Part shown: piece after piece, positions 13,536-26,855 of the stretch | Numbering within the stretch: position 1 is the stretch's first letter | Layout: each line of letters opens with the position of its first letter | From: the human T2T-CHM13v2.0 reference genome, Homo sapiens | DNA: 64,000 nt | Direction: 5' to 3' (one strand) | Assembly (NCBI RefSeq): GCF_009914755.1 | Contig: NC_060930.1 | The notes under the pieces: generated by a model | What the model was told of the DNA's origin: nothing | The model's input: the letters and a program-made list of their open reading frames with translations, nothing else | Databases searched by the model: none | Position numbers and translations under genes: made by a program

Positions 13536-15589
13536 CACAATGACAGATCAGACCTGTGTGAAAGCACCTTGATTTTATAGTGATTGCTTAGTTTACTTGC
13601 TGCCTGTGGAAGGGATAACAATTCAAATTAGTGAGAATGTAAAGTAGAAAGTATATGTACAGGCTGTGTCTATCCTTGCTAACTAGCCGTAAAAGAAGTA
13701 CATAATGAAACTAAGGGGGAAAAGACTAATAATGAGACCAAAACCATCTGGAGAACAGAGAAAATGTCATTCTTGGGTGCTTAAAGGAAAAGAACACAGG
13801 GTTGTAAAAAAAATAGGCTTGGGGGAAATTAATAGAGAGCTCTAAAGAAAATGAAACATTGGAATAAGAAAAGTACAGAAAACAGAATAAAAGCCTAAAG
13901 CAAAAAGATGTTTTACTGAAAGATGGACATGAAGCAGAAATTGGATGATCCTGAAGTGTAAAACCCACCCTTAATTGAATAAAAAAAAGAAAGGGTAAAA
14001 AAGCACTTTGTCAATTCATAAGGAATCTCAGTTTTTCATTTGTCTTTTCAAACATTCTGTAACATGAAGTAATCTAGTTAGAATAAACATGTTTGTTACA
14101 GTGTTATTTTCTTACAAACAAAATGGTTCCTTTAGTAAGTTAAATGTACTACAAAATATTAAGTTTTTTCAAAAGGATTTACATGTACTTTGTTGTGTGA
14201 CACTTAGTAATGGGTAGAATCATTAAAGGACTTAGTTCTGGTGGGCAGCTATAAGTTTAAAACTCATCTGAAACTAAATTGTTTAGCCCTTTCATTAGAA
14301 ACATAAAGATAACAATTTTTAATGAGACTGTCAATGTCTTTTGATACAATTGAGTTAAGAATTCTCTGAGCCTTCCAAAGGCATTGTGAATACTACAATG
14401 TCTAAGCACAGCGGATGTGGGTGGGAGGGGGCAGCGGGTAATTCCATTTGTTGTGTGGTCTGAAGAATCTAGAAAGGTTCCAAATTCTCTCTCTTGCTAA
14501 GGTTATCAATGCTTGAAATTGTATCCTGAGGAACTCATTTTTGCCGGGAGAGGGAGGGAAACCAAGCAAGCATTTTCCAATCCTTGCTGACTTATTTAAA
14601 ATCCAAATATTTCTTCATGTGGTTAAGGCCTTTATTTATTACTATGGTGGATTTAATCATTATGGAAGCATAGAATTATGAAGGTATAAATAAGCTTCAA
14701 TATCTGAATTCACATATCTCAGCCCAAGCAGTTTAGGTAATTTGTCCAAGATGACAATTGCAGACACAGAAGTAGTTCAGTTTCTATGCATTCTGGTTGG
14801 CAATGGTTAGCTGTTCTTTTCTGAGAAGCAAGGGCGAAGGGCCTGAGACTCTTGGCTTCCTGCAGAGACAGAAGGGATGGAATGGGAGAAGGTGGAAGGC
14901 AAAGACGGAGGAGGAATTTCACCTCCTTTTCAGTTTTGTTGCCTGCCACTGGCCTGTGAACATGTAGAGGAAAAGAGTAGTTTGGCATAAACTCTACTCA
15001 GGTTTTAAACCATTTCCTCCCAAACAACAAGTATTGACAATCTTTAACTTGGTATATTATCTATTTCAAAAGAGATAAGCTAACCAGCCCAGGAAGTTCT
15101 TTTGCTTTTGTATGAGTTTCTCAAGCAACAAACTTCCTCTGCGGCAGGGTTTCGGAACTAAATACAAGACTCAGGGAATAAAGTTGAAAGTGTTTTCTCA
15201 GTCTTTTCTCCTTCTCCAGCTGCGTTCTCTGATTAGCAAGTTAGCATTTGGAACTCTTACTCTCTGAATGACCCTTAGATCTATTCCAGTGACCAAGAAA
15301 CCTGCAGTTTGTTCCCTACCCTTTTAAAGTGCCATTTCCATGCTTGGAAAACATTTCATCCATCAGTGGTATCAATACTTTTCAAGCTGTGAAAGTTGGC
15401 TGTCCTGGCTACTTGCACAAATAATGAGCATGCAGAGCTGACCCAAATTCTACTCAAGAATTGCATAATATAAGCTAATCATTACATAAAGAGTGCATTG
15501 AGTGTCTCTATAATGAATTCTGAGAGATCTACAAAATAAAATGCACACCATGTCAGCTCTTCAGTATTCCCTGTTAGAGTTAGGAAAAA

Positions 15590-16090
15590 CAATTTTCTTT
15601 TAACTTTTTCAATTTTCCCCCCAATTTCTCTTCTAACAAAGAGTTGTAGTGCTTACTGTAAGAAAAAACATAAACAGTAGATATTAAAAGTATAGTAAAC
15701 CTACTAAAAGAGCTCCCATAGTAAATAATTTAGTAATTATTTAGTAATGAATAATAACTAAAACCTTGATATATATCTCGATGTTTCCATAATTCTGGAT
15801 ATTTATAAGAAATGTGTACAGACACACACACACATACACACATTTACATAACTCAGCTCATAGCATACATTCTGCTCTATAACCTGAAGTTTCCCATGAC
15901 AATATGCCACGGCATGAGCATCTCTCTGTTTCAAAAAAAGAAAGAAAACCACATTATCATTTTTAATGGCTATATATACCATGATTTATCTAGGCACCTA
16001 TTGATGAGTATTTAGGTTGTGTTCCAATTTTTCACTATTATCAACTATGTGGTAATGTTTTTGGATGTGTACACATTTGCACTGATTACA
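15590..16090 (-). mobile_element. Ancient L1ME-like fragment
   Basis: tttttaatggctatatatacc...cctattgatgagtatttaggttgtgttccaatttttcactatta. Confidence 0.6.
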
Positions 16091-16469
16091 TAGTAGCTCA
16101 GTTTGCAAGTCTACTGAAATTAAAAAAAAAAAAGGATTGGTTTAATTCAATAACTTTTTTTTTCCCCCCAGAAGATATTTAGTTAAAGGATTGGCTCATA
16201 GAAAGTCTTTCCTAGTCTGATTTTTGGGACTGCTTTCTGCCAGAAGTTGCCCTTCAGTGTCCTGTTGGGGCTGCCTTAGTCAGTCATCTTCCTAGGACCA
16301 GGGCATTTCGCCTGGGTTGTGTGAGTGGCTTAATGGGAAAGAATACATGACTGTCTCCCAAGTTTGATGATTGGGACAGTCTGCCACAGCTGCTGGAGCC
16401 AACACAAGGACTCTCATCTTCAATGGACACCTCACTTGTGGCTTAGTTTTAGTGGATGCAGAAGCCCTG

Positions 16470-16885
16470 CTCCAGCATCTTGGTCATGCAGTAGTGTGGC
16501 CTGTGCTTGGCATTTTAGCCAGTTTGCATAGTTTCTAGTACTGGTACATAAAATATTGAGTAAACTTTCTAACTTATCTTCACTGAATAGCCACAATAGC
16601 CCAGGTGCAGTTGAAATTCACAGCCACAACTTCTAACAGTGAATTCTTGGCAAATAGGCCTTATCCTGAGAAGACATGCAGTTTTAACAAACCCAGTTCA
16701 GTTGTGGTGTGTAAATGTCCCTCTCAAGTTAGTTTTCTTTGCCTCAGACATAGTCAATGATTGGAAGGAATCTACACTTTCAGTCTCAGCACACACAATT
16801 CACATGCCAGTCTTGCATTCCAATCAGCTCCAAACATTTTATGATCACAAAGCCTGAAACTTGACATTTCTATCTTGTGTCATTT
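16470..16885 (-). mobile_element. Possible degraded hAT/Charlie transposase fragment
   Basis: Manual translation across stops and frameshifts: KFQAL*S, GM*IVC, MSEAKKTNLR/HLHT, LFAKNSLLEVVAVNF..WAI, FSEDKLESLLNILC; by-eye resemblance only. Confidence 0.33.
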
Positions 16886-17294
16886 TGGAGAGAAATGTCC
16901 TCCTAATTTCTTTTTCCCATTCTAAATATAATCCTGCCCACTTGTGGGAGCTCAGCTCAGATTACACCACACTGAAGAAGTCTCTCCTAACCATGTCCTG
17001 CTCTGGGTGTTCTTATTTTTGGCATATTGTTTTTACTACTCACTTGATAATTTGAATAGAGTGATTCATTCATTCTTTCTGTCTCTCTTTACACACACAC
17101 AAACACAAACACACATGCATTCCCATGAAAGCACTACTGTTCTAGAATAGTGTCAAAGAGTAAAATTTTTGTACCCATCATTCCGTCCCTCCTTTTCCAG
17201 CCAATGGTCATTGAATCAGGTACAGCATATACACTTTATACAAATTGGCCTAATTTGAGACTCTACTAAACATGTAGAGAACATATATATATAT

Positions 17295-17505
17295 TGGATT
17301 AATTAGCTATGGATTCCGCATTTAGCAAGTCTTTCAGACTCAGTGGTTGAGTCATGTTGTATGACAGCCACAGCAAACAGAGCAATGAAAGTTGAGAGAA
17401 GATAGAGGGAATAAGCAGACATGGAGGAGCCTGTGGATGGCATTTACCTCCTGTTCCCCTCATTCCCCACCTTGCGCGTGTGCATGCACTCATACACACA
17501 CGTGT

Positions 17506-17553
<48 letters not shown>

Positions 17554-17715
17554 CTTGGGTCCTGAGAGCTCTGTACTTTCCAGCTGCTCAGTGAGCTTGC
17601 CTGCCTTGGATTCCGGGAGATGTTCCTATTTTCACACACATTACTCTTTACTTAAAGCAGTTTGGATAGCTTTCTGGTCCTTGAAGCCAAACAATTTGTG
17701 TCTAAGAAGCAAGGC
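17295..17715 (+). mobile_element. Old MaLR/ERVL-type LTR (MLT1-like) with internal (CA)n
   Basis: 3' end ctttacttaaagcagtttggatagctttctggtccttgaagccaa resembles an MLT1 terminus. Confidence 0.5.
17474..17550. repeat. Alternating purine-pyrimidine tract ending in about (CA)20
   Basis: gcgcgtgtgcatgcac...acgtgtgcgcacacaca...cacg. Confidence 0.9.
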
Positions 17716-18420
17716 ATTCTCTGTCTTGAAGAGGCATTTCTAAAAGTCTTATGAGTGAACACTTAGTCTCTATACACTCTGCAGCTCTGTTAGTTTTGTT
17801 TGTTTGTGTCGCTGCTCAACCCTTTCCTTGACTGCCTGTAGAGCATGGTCATAGTGTCTGTGAGGCCCCGTCTCCTCCTCTATACACTAGGATTCCCGCC
17901 TTTGTGATCTGGCTCCAAATCTATGCACTTATTTATATACAAATTGCTTGCCAACTTAACTGGTGACATTTTATGGACTTAGCGAGCTCTTCTGATTCAA
18001 CGTGTTTGCATTATTACAGACACCTGACGAAATAGGACCTCAAGTGGCAGGAACTTCAAGCACTGTGGTGAGGGGAGAGAAAACAATTTAAAAAGGCTTT
18101 TCCTTAGATCCCACCAGAGAGGCAGCTGCTCTTTCTGCCTGCATTAGGGATTCCCTCAGCACATTTTAAGACCGTGTAAATCTGTCCAGGAAATACCACT
18201 AATACTCTCAAAGTAAAAAGACACTTAAAAACTGTCCTAGTTAATGAGACCATAGATATAATACCCCACATTAGTGACTCCAAATATATACAGCTATGTT
18301 TTCATAATGTTCAGCCTTAAACAAAATCACACAGAGCAGTCTGTTTGCTGGGTAGGTTTGATTGCAGGATGATGAATCAAACACTTGGAAAGGGTCTTCC
18401 TTTTTGCTAACCACCAATTA

Positions 18421-18759
<339 letters not shown>

Positions 18760-19100
18760 TCAGCCTACAGTGGCTGTGTCTTCTTGGACCTCCATCTTCT
18801 TTTGAAGGATCTTGGAGAAAGTGAGAATAGCTCCCTTTCTTCACAAAGCCGAATGACTTCAGCAAACCCAAATGTCTCCTAATTTTAAGGATTTGGTTGA
18901 CATGTGTATTTTAGGTACAAAGAATATTAAGTTACTTCTGCAACAATTGAGCACTAACTCTTCTATATGTTTGTAAGAACGACCAGGGCTCAGGTAAGGT
19001 AATTTCTAGAATGGCTTTTAGGGTCCTTTCTGTGTGATGGCTCCTGCAGATATTATGTGCCTTTAAATGGGTAACATTGCCTCTTTAACTAAAATTAGAT

Positions 19101-19333
19101 CAGTGTTTCCTAACTGGGGTCAATTTTGGCTCTGGGGGATATTTGGCAATATCTGGAGGCATTTTTGGTTGTCACATCTGGGAGTGGGGTGGAGAAACAG
19201 TGTGCTACTGGCATCTAGAGTGTAGGGGCCCGGGTTGCTGCTGAACACTGCACCCTAAAATGCACAGGATAACCTCCAGAATAAAGAAATATCCAGTCCC
19301 AGATGTCAATAGTGTCATGGTTGAGAAAGCCTA
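19101..19333 (+). mobile_element. MER20 (hAT-Charlie MITE)
   Basis: cagtgtttcctaac...ggatatttggcaatatctggaggcatttttggttgtcac...gtcaatagtgtcatggttgagaaagcc. Confidence 0.88.
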
Positions 19334-19569
19334 GACTAGACAGTGCATGGGAAAGATAATGACATGTGTACCCTTACTTTGGTCCACATGCAATCTCATT
19401 TTTTAAAGTCAGAAACCTGTGTAATGACAACTGAATGAGCTTAGAAAATATATTGCTAAGAAGCTTTTTAAACTAGCAAGATAATTTAGGTTTAATGAGC
19501 CCTACTACCTTCATAAATATCTCTCCAAAAACTTTATTTTAAAAATATAAATTGAGTTATGAACCTCAT

Positions 19570-20014
19570 CTGGTTAGAAAACTTTAATGGATTGCTCTCA
19601 GGAAAGATGCAGACTCCTTAAGTGGCCCACAAAGCTCTGCATGACCTGGTCCTGACTTCCTCGGCAGCCTTCTCTCAGGACTCCATGTTTGCTGTTCTCC
19701 CGCCACTCTAGCCTGTCAACTGCTTAAATGCACAAAGCTCTTTCCTGCTCTGGCCTCTACCCACAGTCTTCCCTTCGTCCCTCTGCTTAGAACATTTTTT
19801 CTCAGCCACAGGATCTATCCCTGCACCGACTTGTCCTTAGCTCAAATGTTGGCATCTTTGCAAATGTTTTACTGAAGCTCTACCCTAATCCAAATTAGAA
19901 CCTTTGCTTTGTTTTCTGCATTTTATAATACTCATCACATTTCTAATCATGTCTTTTTGTGTGTTTATGTGTTCATGTTTGGTTCCCTCTCTGGTTTTAT
20001 GACCCATGAGGAGA
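19570..20014 (+). mobile_element. L2 fragment interrupted by L1PB1; probable continuation at about 26870-26935
   Basis: gcccacaaagctctgcatgacctgg...gacccatgaggagac; distal gcacagagtaggtcctccacaaatctttgtt. Confidence 0.6.
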
Positions 20015-20034
20015 CAAAGTGTACAATACTTTTT

Positions 20035-20399
20035 AAAAATTTTTTAATTTTTAATTTTTCCATAAGTTATTCCAGTACAGGTGGTATTTGGTTACATGAG
20101 TAAGCTCCTTAGTGGTGATTTGTGAGATTTTGGTGCATACATCACCTAAGCAGCATACACTGCACCGTATTTGTTGTCTTCTATATCTTGCCACCCTCCC
20201 ACTCATCCCCCAAAGTGCCCAAAGTCCGTTGCATCATTCTTATGCCTTTGCATCCCCATACTTAGCTCCCACACATCAAGAACATATTATGTTTTGTTTT
20301 CCATTCCCGAGTTACTTCACTTAGAATAATAGTCTCCAATCTCATCCAGGTCACTGCAAATGCTATTAATTCATTCCTTTTTATGGAAGTGTAGTATTC

Positions 20400-20445
<46 letters not shown>

Positions 20446-20485
20446 TCCATTACATATATAATATATATGGCTTTTATTACATATA

Positions 20486-20544
<59 letters not shown>

Positions 20545-23500
20545 CTTTCTTTACTCTTTGTCCACTCATTGATTGATGGGCATTTGGGTTGGTTCCACGA
20601 TTTTGCAGTGGTGAATTGTGCTGCTATAGACATGCATGTGCAAGTATCTTTTTCGAATAATGACTTATTTTCCTCTGGGTAGATACCCAGAAATGGGATT
20701 GTTGGATCAAATGGTAATTCTACTTTTAGTTCTTTAAGGAATCTCCACACTGCTATCCATAGTGGCTGTACTAGTTTACATTTCCACCAGCACTGTAGAA
20801 GTTGTCCCTGTTCACCAAATCCACACCAGCATCTACTGTTTTTTGATTCTTTTATTATGGCCATTCTTACGAGAGTAAGGTGGTATTGCATTGTGGTTTT
20901 GATTTACATTTCCCTGGTCATTAGTGATGTTTAGCATTTTTTCAGATGTTTGTTGGCCATTTATGTATCTTCTTTTGAGAATTGTCTGTTCATGTCCTTA
21001 GCTCACTTTTTGATGGGATTTTTGTTTCCTCTTACTGATTTGTTTGAGTTGGTTGTTGATTCTGGATATTAGTCCTTTGTCAGATGTATAGATTGCGAAG
21101 ATTCTTCCACTCTGTGGGTTGTCTATTTACTCTGCTAACTGTTCCTTTTGCTGTGCAAAAGTTCTTTGGTTTAATTAGGTCCCAGCTATTTATCTTTGTT
21201 TTATTGTATTTGCTTTTGGGTTCTAGGTCATGAAATCCTTGTCTAAGCCAATGTCTGGAAGAGTTTTTCCAGTGTTATCTTCTAGAATTTTTATAGTTTC
21301 AGGTCTTAGGTTTAAGTATTTAATCCATCTTGAGTTGATTTTTATATAAGGTGAGAGATGAGCGTCCAGTTTCATTCTCCTACATGTAGCTAGCCAATTA
21401 TCCCAGCAGCATTTGTTGAAAGGGGTGCCCTTTCCCCACTTTATGTTTTTGTTTGTTTTGTCGAAGATCAGATGGCTCTAAGTATTTGGGTTTATTTCTT
21501 GATTCTCTCTTCTGTTCCATTGGTCTATGTGCCTATTTTTGTACGAATACCATGCTGTTTTGGTGACTATGGCCTTATAGTGTACTTTGAAATCAGGTAG
21601 TGTAATGCCTCCAGATTTGTTCTTTTTGCTTAGTCTTGCTTTGGCTATACAGGCTCTTTTTTGGTTCCATGTGAATTTTAGAATTGTTTTTTCTAATTCT
21701 GTGAAAAATGATCGTGGTATTTCGATGGCGATTGCATTGAATTTGTAGATTGCTTTTGGCAGTATGGTTATTTTCACAATATTGATTCTACGCATCCATG
21801 AGCATGGGATGTGTTTCCATTTGTTTGTGTCATCGATGATTTCTCGGAAGTGTTTTGTAGTTTTCCTTGTAGAGGTCTTTTGACTCCTTGGTTCAGTGTA
21901 TTCCTAAGTATTTTATTTTAGTTTTTGCACTTACTGTAACAGGGGTTGAGTTCTTGATTTGATTCTCTGCTTGGTCACTGTTGGTCTATAGAAGAGCTAC
22001 CGATTTGTGTACATTAATCTTATATCTGGAAGATTTGCTGAATTCTTTTATCAGTTCTAGGAGCTTTCTGGAGGAGCCCTTAGGGTTTTCAAGGTAAACG
22101 TCATATCATCAGCAAACAGTAACAGTTTGACTTACCCTTTACCCAGTACTATGTTGAAGAGGAGTGGTGAGATTGGGCATCCTTGCCTTTTTCCAGTTCT
22201 CATAGGGAATGCTTTCAACTTTTCCCCATTCAGTATTATGTTGGCTATGGGTTTGTCACAGATGGCTTTTATTACATTAATGTATGTCCCTCATATGCCA
22301 ATTTTGCAGAGACTTTTATCATAAAGCGATGCTGGATTTTGTCGAATGCTTTTTCTGCATCTATTGAGATGATCATGTGATTTTTGTTTTTAATTCTGTT
22401 TATGTGGTATATCATTTATTGACTTGCATATGTTAAACTGTCCCTGCATCCCTGGTATAAAACCCACTTGATTATGGTGGATTATTGTTTTGATATGTTG
22501 TTGGATTCGTTTAGCTAGTATTTTGTTAAGGATTTTAGCATCTGTGTTCATCAAGGATATCAGTCTGTAATTCTCTTTTTTGGTTATGTCCTTTCCTGAT
22601 TTTGGTATTAGGGTGATGCTTGCTTCATAAAATGAATAGGGAGGGTTCCTTCTTTCTCTATATTGTGGAATAGTGTCAAAAGGATTGGTACCAATTCTTC
22701 TTTGAATGTCTGGTAGGATTCTGCTGTGAATCCATCTGGTCCTGGATTTTTTTGTTGGTAATTTTTAAATTACCATTTCAATCTCGCTGCTTGTTCAGGG
22801 TATCTAATTCTTCCTGACGTAAGCCAGGAGGGTTGTATTTTTCCATGAATTTATCCATTTCTTCTAGGTTTTCTAGTTTATGTGCATAAAGGTGTTCATA
22901 GTAGCGTTGAATGATCTTTTGTATTTCAGTGGTGTCTGTTGTAATATCTCCTGTTTTGTTTCTTAGTAAGGTTATTTGGATATTCTCTCTTCTTTTCTTG
23001 GTTAATCTTGCCAATTGTCTATCAATTTTATTTATCTTTTCAACGAACCAGCTTTTGTTTCATTTATCTTTTGTATTTTTTTATTCAAATTTCATTTAGT
23101 TCTGCTCTGATCTTGATTATTTCCTTTCTTCTGCTGGGTTTCAGTTTGGTTTGTTCTTGTTTCTCTAGTTCCTTGAGTTGTGACCTTAGAGTGTCAGTTT
23201 ATACTCTTTCAGTCTTTTTGATGTAAGTGTTTATGGGTAAAAACTTTCCTCTTAGCACTGCCTTTGCTGTATCCAGAGGTTTTGATAAGTTGTGTCATTA
23301 TTGTTGTTCAGTTCAAAGGATTTTTAAATTTCCATCTTGATTTCACTTTTGACCCAATGCTCATTCAGGAGCAGGTTATTTAATTTCCATGTATTTTCAT
23401 GGTTTTGAAGGTTCCTTTTGGAGTTGGTTTCCAGTTTTGTTCCACTGTGGTCTGAGAGAGTGCTTGATATAATTTCAATTTTCTTAAACTTATTGAGGCT

Positions 23501-26500
23501 TGTATATGGCCTATCATATGGTCTATCTTTGAGAAAGTTCCATGCACTGTTGAATAGAATGTGTATTTTGTGGCTGTAGGATGAAATGTTTTATATATAT
23601 CTGTTAAATCCATTTGTTCCAAGGTATAATTTAAATCCATTCTTTGTTGACTTTCTGTCCTGATGACCTGTCTAGTGCTGTCAGGGGAGTATTGAAGTCC
23701 CCCACTATTATTGTGTTGCTGTCTATCTCATTGCTTAGGTCTATTAGTAATTGTTTTATACATTTGGGAGCTCTAGTGTCAGGTGCATATATGTCTAGGA
23801 TTGTGATATTTTCCTGTTGAACAAGGCCTTTTACAATTATATAATGTCCCTCTTTGTCTCTTTTAACTGCTGTTGCTTTAAAGTTTGTTTGGTCTCATAT
23901 AAGAATAGCTATGCCTGCTCACTTTTGGTGTTCATATGCATGAAATATTTTTTCCACCCCTTTACTTTAAGTTTATGTGAGTACTTATGTGCTAGGCAAG
24001 TTTCCTGAAGGCAGCAGATAGTTGTTTGGTGAGTTCTTATCCATTCTGTGGTTCTATATCTATTAAGTGGAGCATTTAGGCCATTTACATTCAATGTTAG
24101 TATTGACATGTTAGGTACCATTGCATTCATCATGCTCTTTGTTGCCTCTGTACTTTGTTTTTTTGTTTTTTGTTTTTTGTTTTTTAACTTGTATTTTTGT
24201 TTTATAGGTCCTGTGTGATTTATGCTTTAAAGAATTTCTGTTTTGATGTGTTTCTAGGATTTGTTTCAAGATTCAGGGCTCCTTTTAGTAGTTCTTGTAG
24301 TGGTGGCTTGGTAGTGGCAAATAATCTCAACATTTGTTTGTCTGAAAATCTTCCCTTCACATATGATGATTAGTTTCTCTGGATACAAAATTCTTGGCTG
24401 ATAATTGTTTTGTTTGAGGAGACTGAAGATAGGTCCCTAATACATTCTAGCTTGTAGAGTTTCTGCTGAGAAATCTACTGTTAATCTGATAGGTTTTCCT
24501 TTATAGGTTACCTGGTGCTTCTGTCTCACAGCTCTTAAGATTCTTTCCTTCATCTTAACTTTGGATAACCTGATGACAATGTGCCTATGCAAACATCTTT
24601 TTGTGATGAATTTCCCAGGTGTTTTTGTGCTTCTTGTGTTTTGATGTCTAGGTCTCTAGCAAGGCCGGGGAAGTTGTAGTCGGTTATTCCCCCAAATATA
24701 TTTTCCAAGTTTTTAGAAATTTCATTTCTCAGGAACACTGATTATTCTTAGGTTTGGTTGCTTAACCGAAATCCAAGACTTCTTGGAGGGTTTGTTCATA
24801 TTTTCTTGTTCTTTTTTCTTTGTCTTTGTTAGATTGGGTTAATTTGAAGACCTTGTCTTTGAGCTCTGAATTTCTTTCTTCTACTTGTTCAATTCTATTG
24901 CTGAGACTTTCCAGAACATTTCACACTTCTACAGGTGTGTCCAAAGTTTCCTGAATTTTTGATTGTTTTTTATTTAAGCTATCTATTGCCTTGAATATGT
25001 CTCCTGTCACTTATTGTATCATAGTTTGGATTTCCTTGCATTGGACTTCACCTTTCTCTGGTCCCTCCCTGATTAGCTTAATAACTAACCTCTTGAATTA
25101 TTTTTCAGGTAGATTGGGGATTTCTTCTTGGTTTGGATCCATTGCTGGTGAACTAGTGTGATTTTTTTGGGGGTAGAAGAGCCTCAATTTGTCATATTAT
25201 CAGGGTTGCTTTTCTGGTTCCTTCTCATTTGGGTAGGCTATGTCAGAGGGAAGGTCTGGAGCTGAAGGCTGTTGTTCAGATTCTTTTATCCCACAGAGTG
25301 TTCCCTTGATGTAGTACTCTCCTCCTTTTCCTACAAATGTGGCTTCCTGTGAGCCAAACTGCAGTGATTGTTGTCTCACTTCTGGGTCTAGCCACCCAGT
25401 GAGTCTACCTCGCTCTAGGCTGGGGGCTGTCTGCACAGAGTCCTGTGATGTGAACCATCTATGGGTCTCTCAGCCATGGATACCAGTGCTTGCTCCCATG
25501 GAAGTGGCAGGAGGTGCAATGGACTCCATGAGGGTTCTTAGCTTTGGTGGTTTAATGTTCTATTTTTGTTCTGGTTGGCCTCCTGCCAGGCAGTGGCACT
25601 TTCAAGAGAGCATCAGCTGTGGTATTATGGGGAAGAACCAGTGGTGGGCGGGACCCTAGAACTCCCAAGATTATATGCCTTTTGTCTTTCACTACCAAGG
25701 TGGGTAGGGAAGGACCATCAGGTGGGGGCAGGGCTAGGTGTATCTGAGCTCAGACTTTCCTTGGCTGGTCTTGCTGCAGCTGCTTTAGGGGATGGGGGTG
25801 AGATTCCCAGGTCACTGGAGTTGTGTACCTAGGAGGATTATGGCTGCCTCTGCTGACTCATGCAGGTTGTCAGGGAAGTAGGGGAAAGCCAGCAGTCACA
25901 GGCCTCATCCAGCTTCCATGCAAACCGAAGGGCTGGTCTCACTTCCCGGTGCCCACCCAACAGCCCCTAGACCTTTTCCAGGTGGAGAGCCACAGGGGCT
26001 TGAAAACCTGCCCCAGGCTATCTGCCTCCCAGCTGGGAAAGAAAAGGGGCTTGGTTCTTCCCATGCCTGTGGAGTCTGCACTCTGGATTTGCGCCTTCCT
26101 CTGAGTTACTGCCAGAAGGCTTCTCACTCTATTCAAATGGTTACAAAACTCAGCTAGAGATTTGCTTCTTCCTGTGTGGTTTTACCCCCTGCTTCTCTCC
26201 CATTGGATCCCTGTGGTGCCAGGCAGGAATGGCCTGCTAGGGGACCCAGCGAGATCCCCGGGTCTTTCTGCTGCTTCCTCTACCACTGTATTTCGCATGG
26301 CTTCCAAATGTACTCAGCTCCAGGTAAAGTCAGAAACTTCTCCTGCAAACAGACTTTCAGCTTCTCCAGTGGGGGTGTGTGTTTGAGAGGAGGGTCTCCC
26401 TTTCCCACTTCCGCAGTTGGCGCACTTACAGTTTTGCGGGGGTGTCTCCTGTGTCCTGCAGGAGCAGTCTGCTTCCTTCAGAGGGTCTGTGGGTCCTCTC

Positions 26501-26628
26501 AGGATTGCTGGTTTTTTCTTGCTGTTGATATGGAGTTAAAATTCACAATGCGAGCTGCCTGCTGCTCTGTCCGGAGCTTCAATCTAGCCCTGCCTCCGTC
26601 TGCCACCGCCATGATCTCTCCTCTAATC
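20035..26628 (-). mobile_element. Full-length L1PB1 (L1PBa-type 5' UTR), about 6.6 kb, 20-bp TSD, ORFs disrupted
   Basis: L1PB1-type 3' end (gtacaggtggtatttggttacatgagtaag); ORF2 pieces include EN start ILTLNVNGLNAP (23909-24133) and C-terminal CWWKCKLVQPLW; ORF1 piece LENIFGGI; TSD caaagtgta(c/a)aatacttttt at 20015-20034 and 26629-26648. Confidence 0.95.
20405..20543. repeat. Compound (TA)n/(TG)n microsatellite inside L1PB1
   Basis: Seen directly. Confidence 0.95.
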
Positions 26629-26714
26629 CAAAGTGTAAAATACTTTTTAAAACTTACCAAAAAGTATGTATTACCTAATTTGTTCCTATATATTTATTGG
26701 GGCAACAAGTGTAA

Positions 26715-26855
26715 GATATTTATTTTCTATTGTGTTATATTGTGGTAAGAACAGATAATATAAGATCCATCCTCTCCACATATTTTTAAGTGTATAGTAC
26801 AATATTCTTAGCCATAAACAGTGTTGAACAACAGACCTCAAGAACTTATTCTGAT
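26715..26855 (-). mobile_element. L1MA9/L1MB-like 3' end fragment
   Basis: tgtggtaagaacagataatataagatcc...ttttaagtgtatagtacaata...agaacttattc. Confidence 0.65.

Noticed and set aside
18111-18126. CTCF-like ccaccagagaggcagc
   Set aside because: An extra base breaks the core spacing (AGAGAGGC versus AGRKGGC)
20262-20891. Longest ORF in the track (209 aa)
   Set aside because: L1 ORF2 C-terminus reading through a (TA)/(TG) microsatellite; not a gene
25200-26748. Cluster of 65-190 aa ORFs
   Set aside because: Lie in the GC-richer L1PB 5' UTR, where stops are rarer; no recognisable protein
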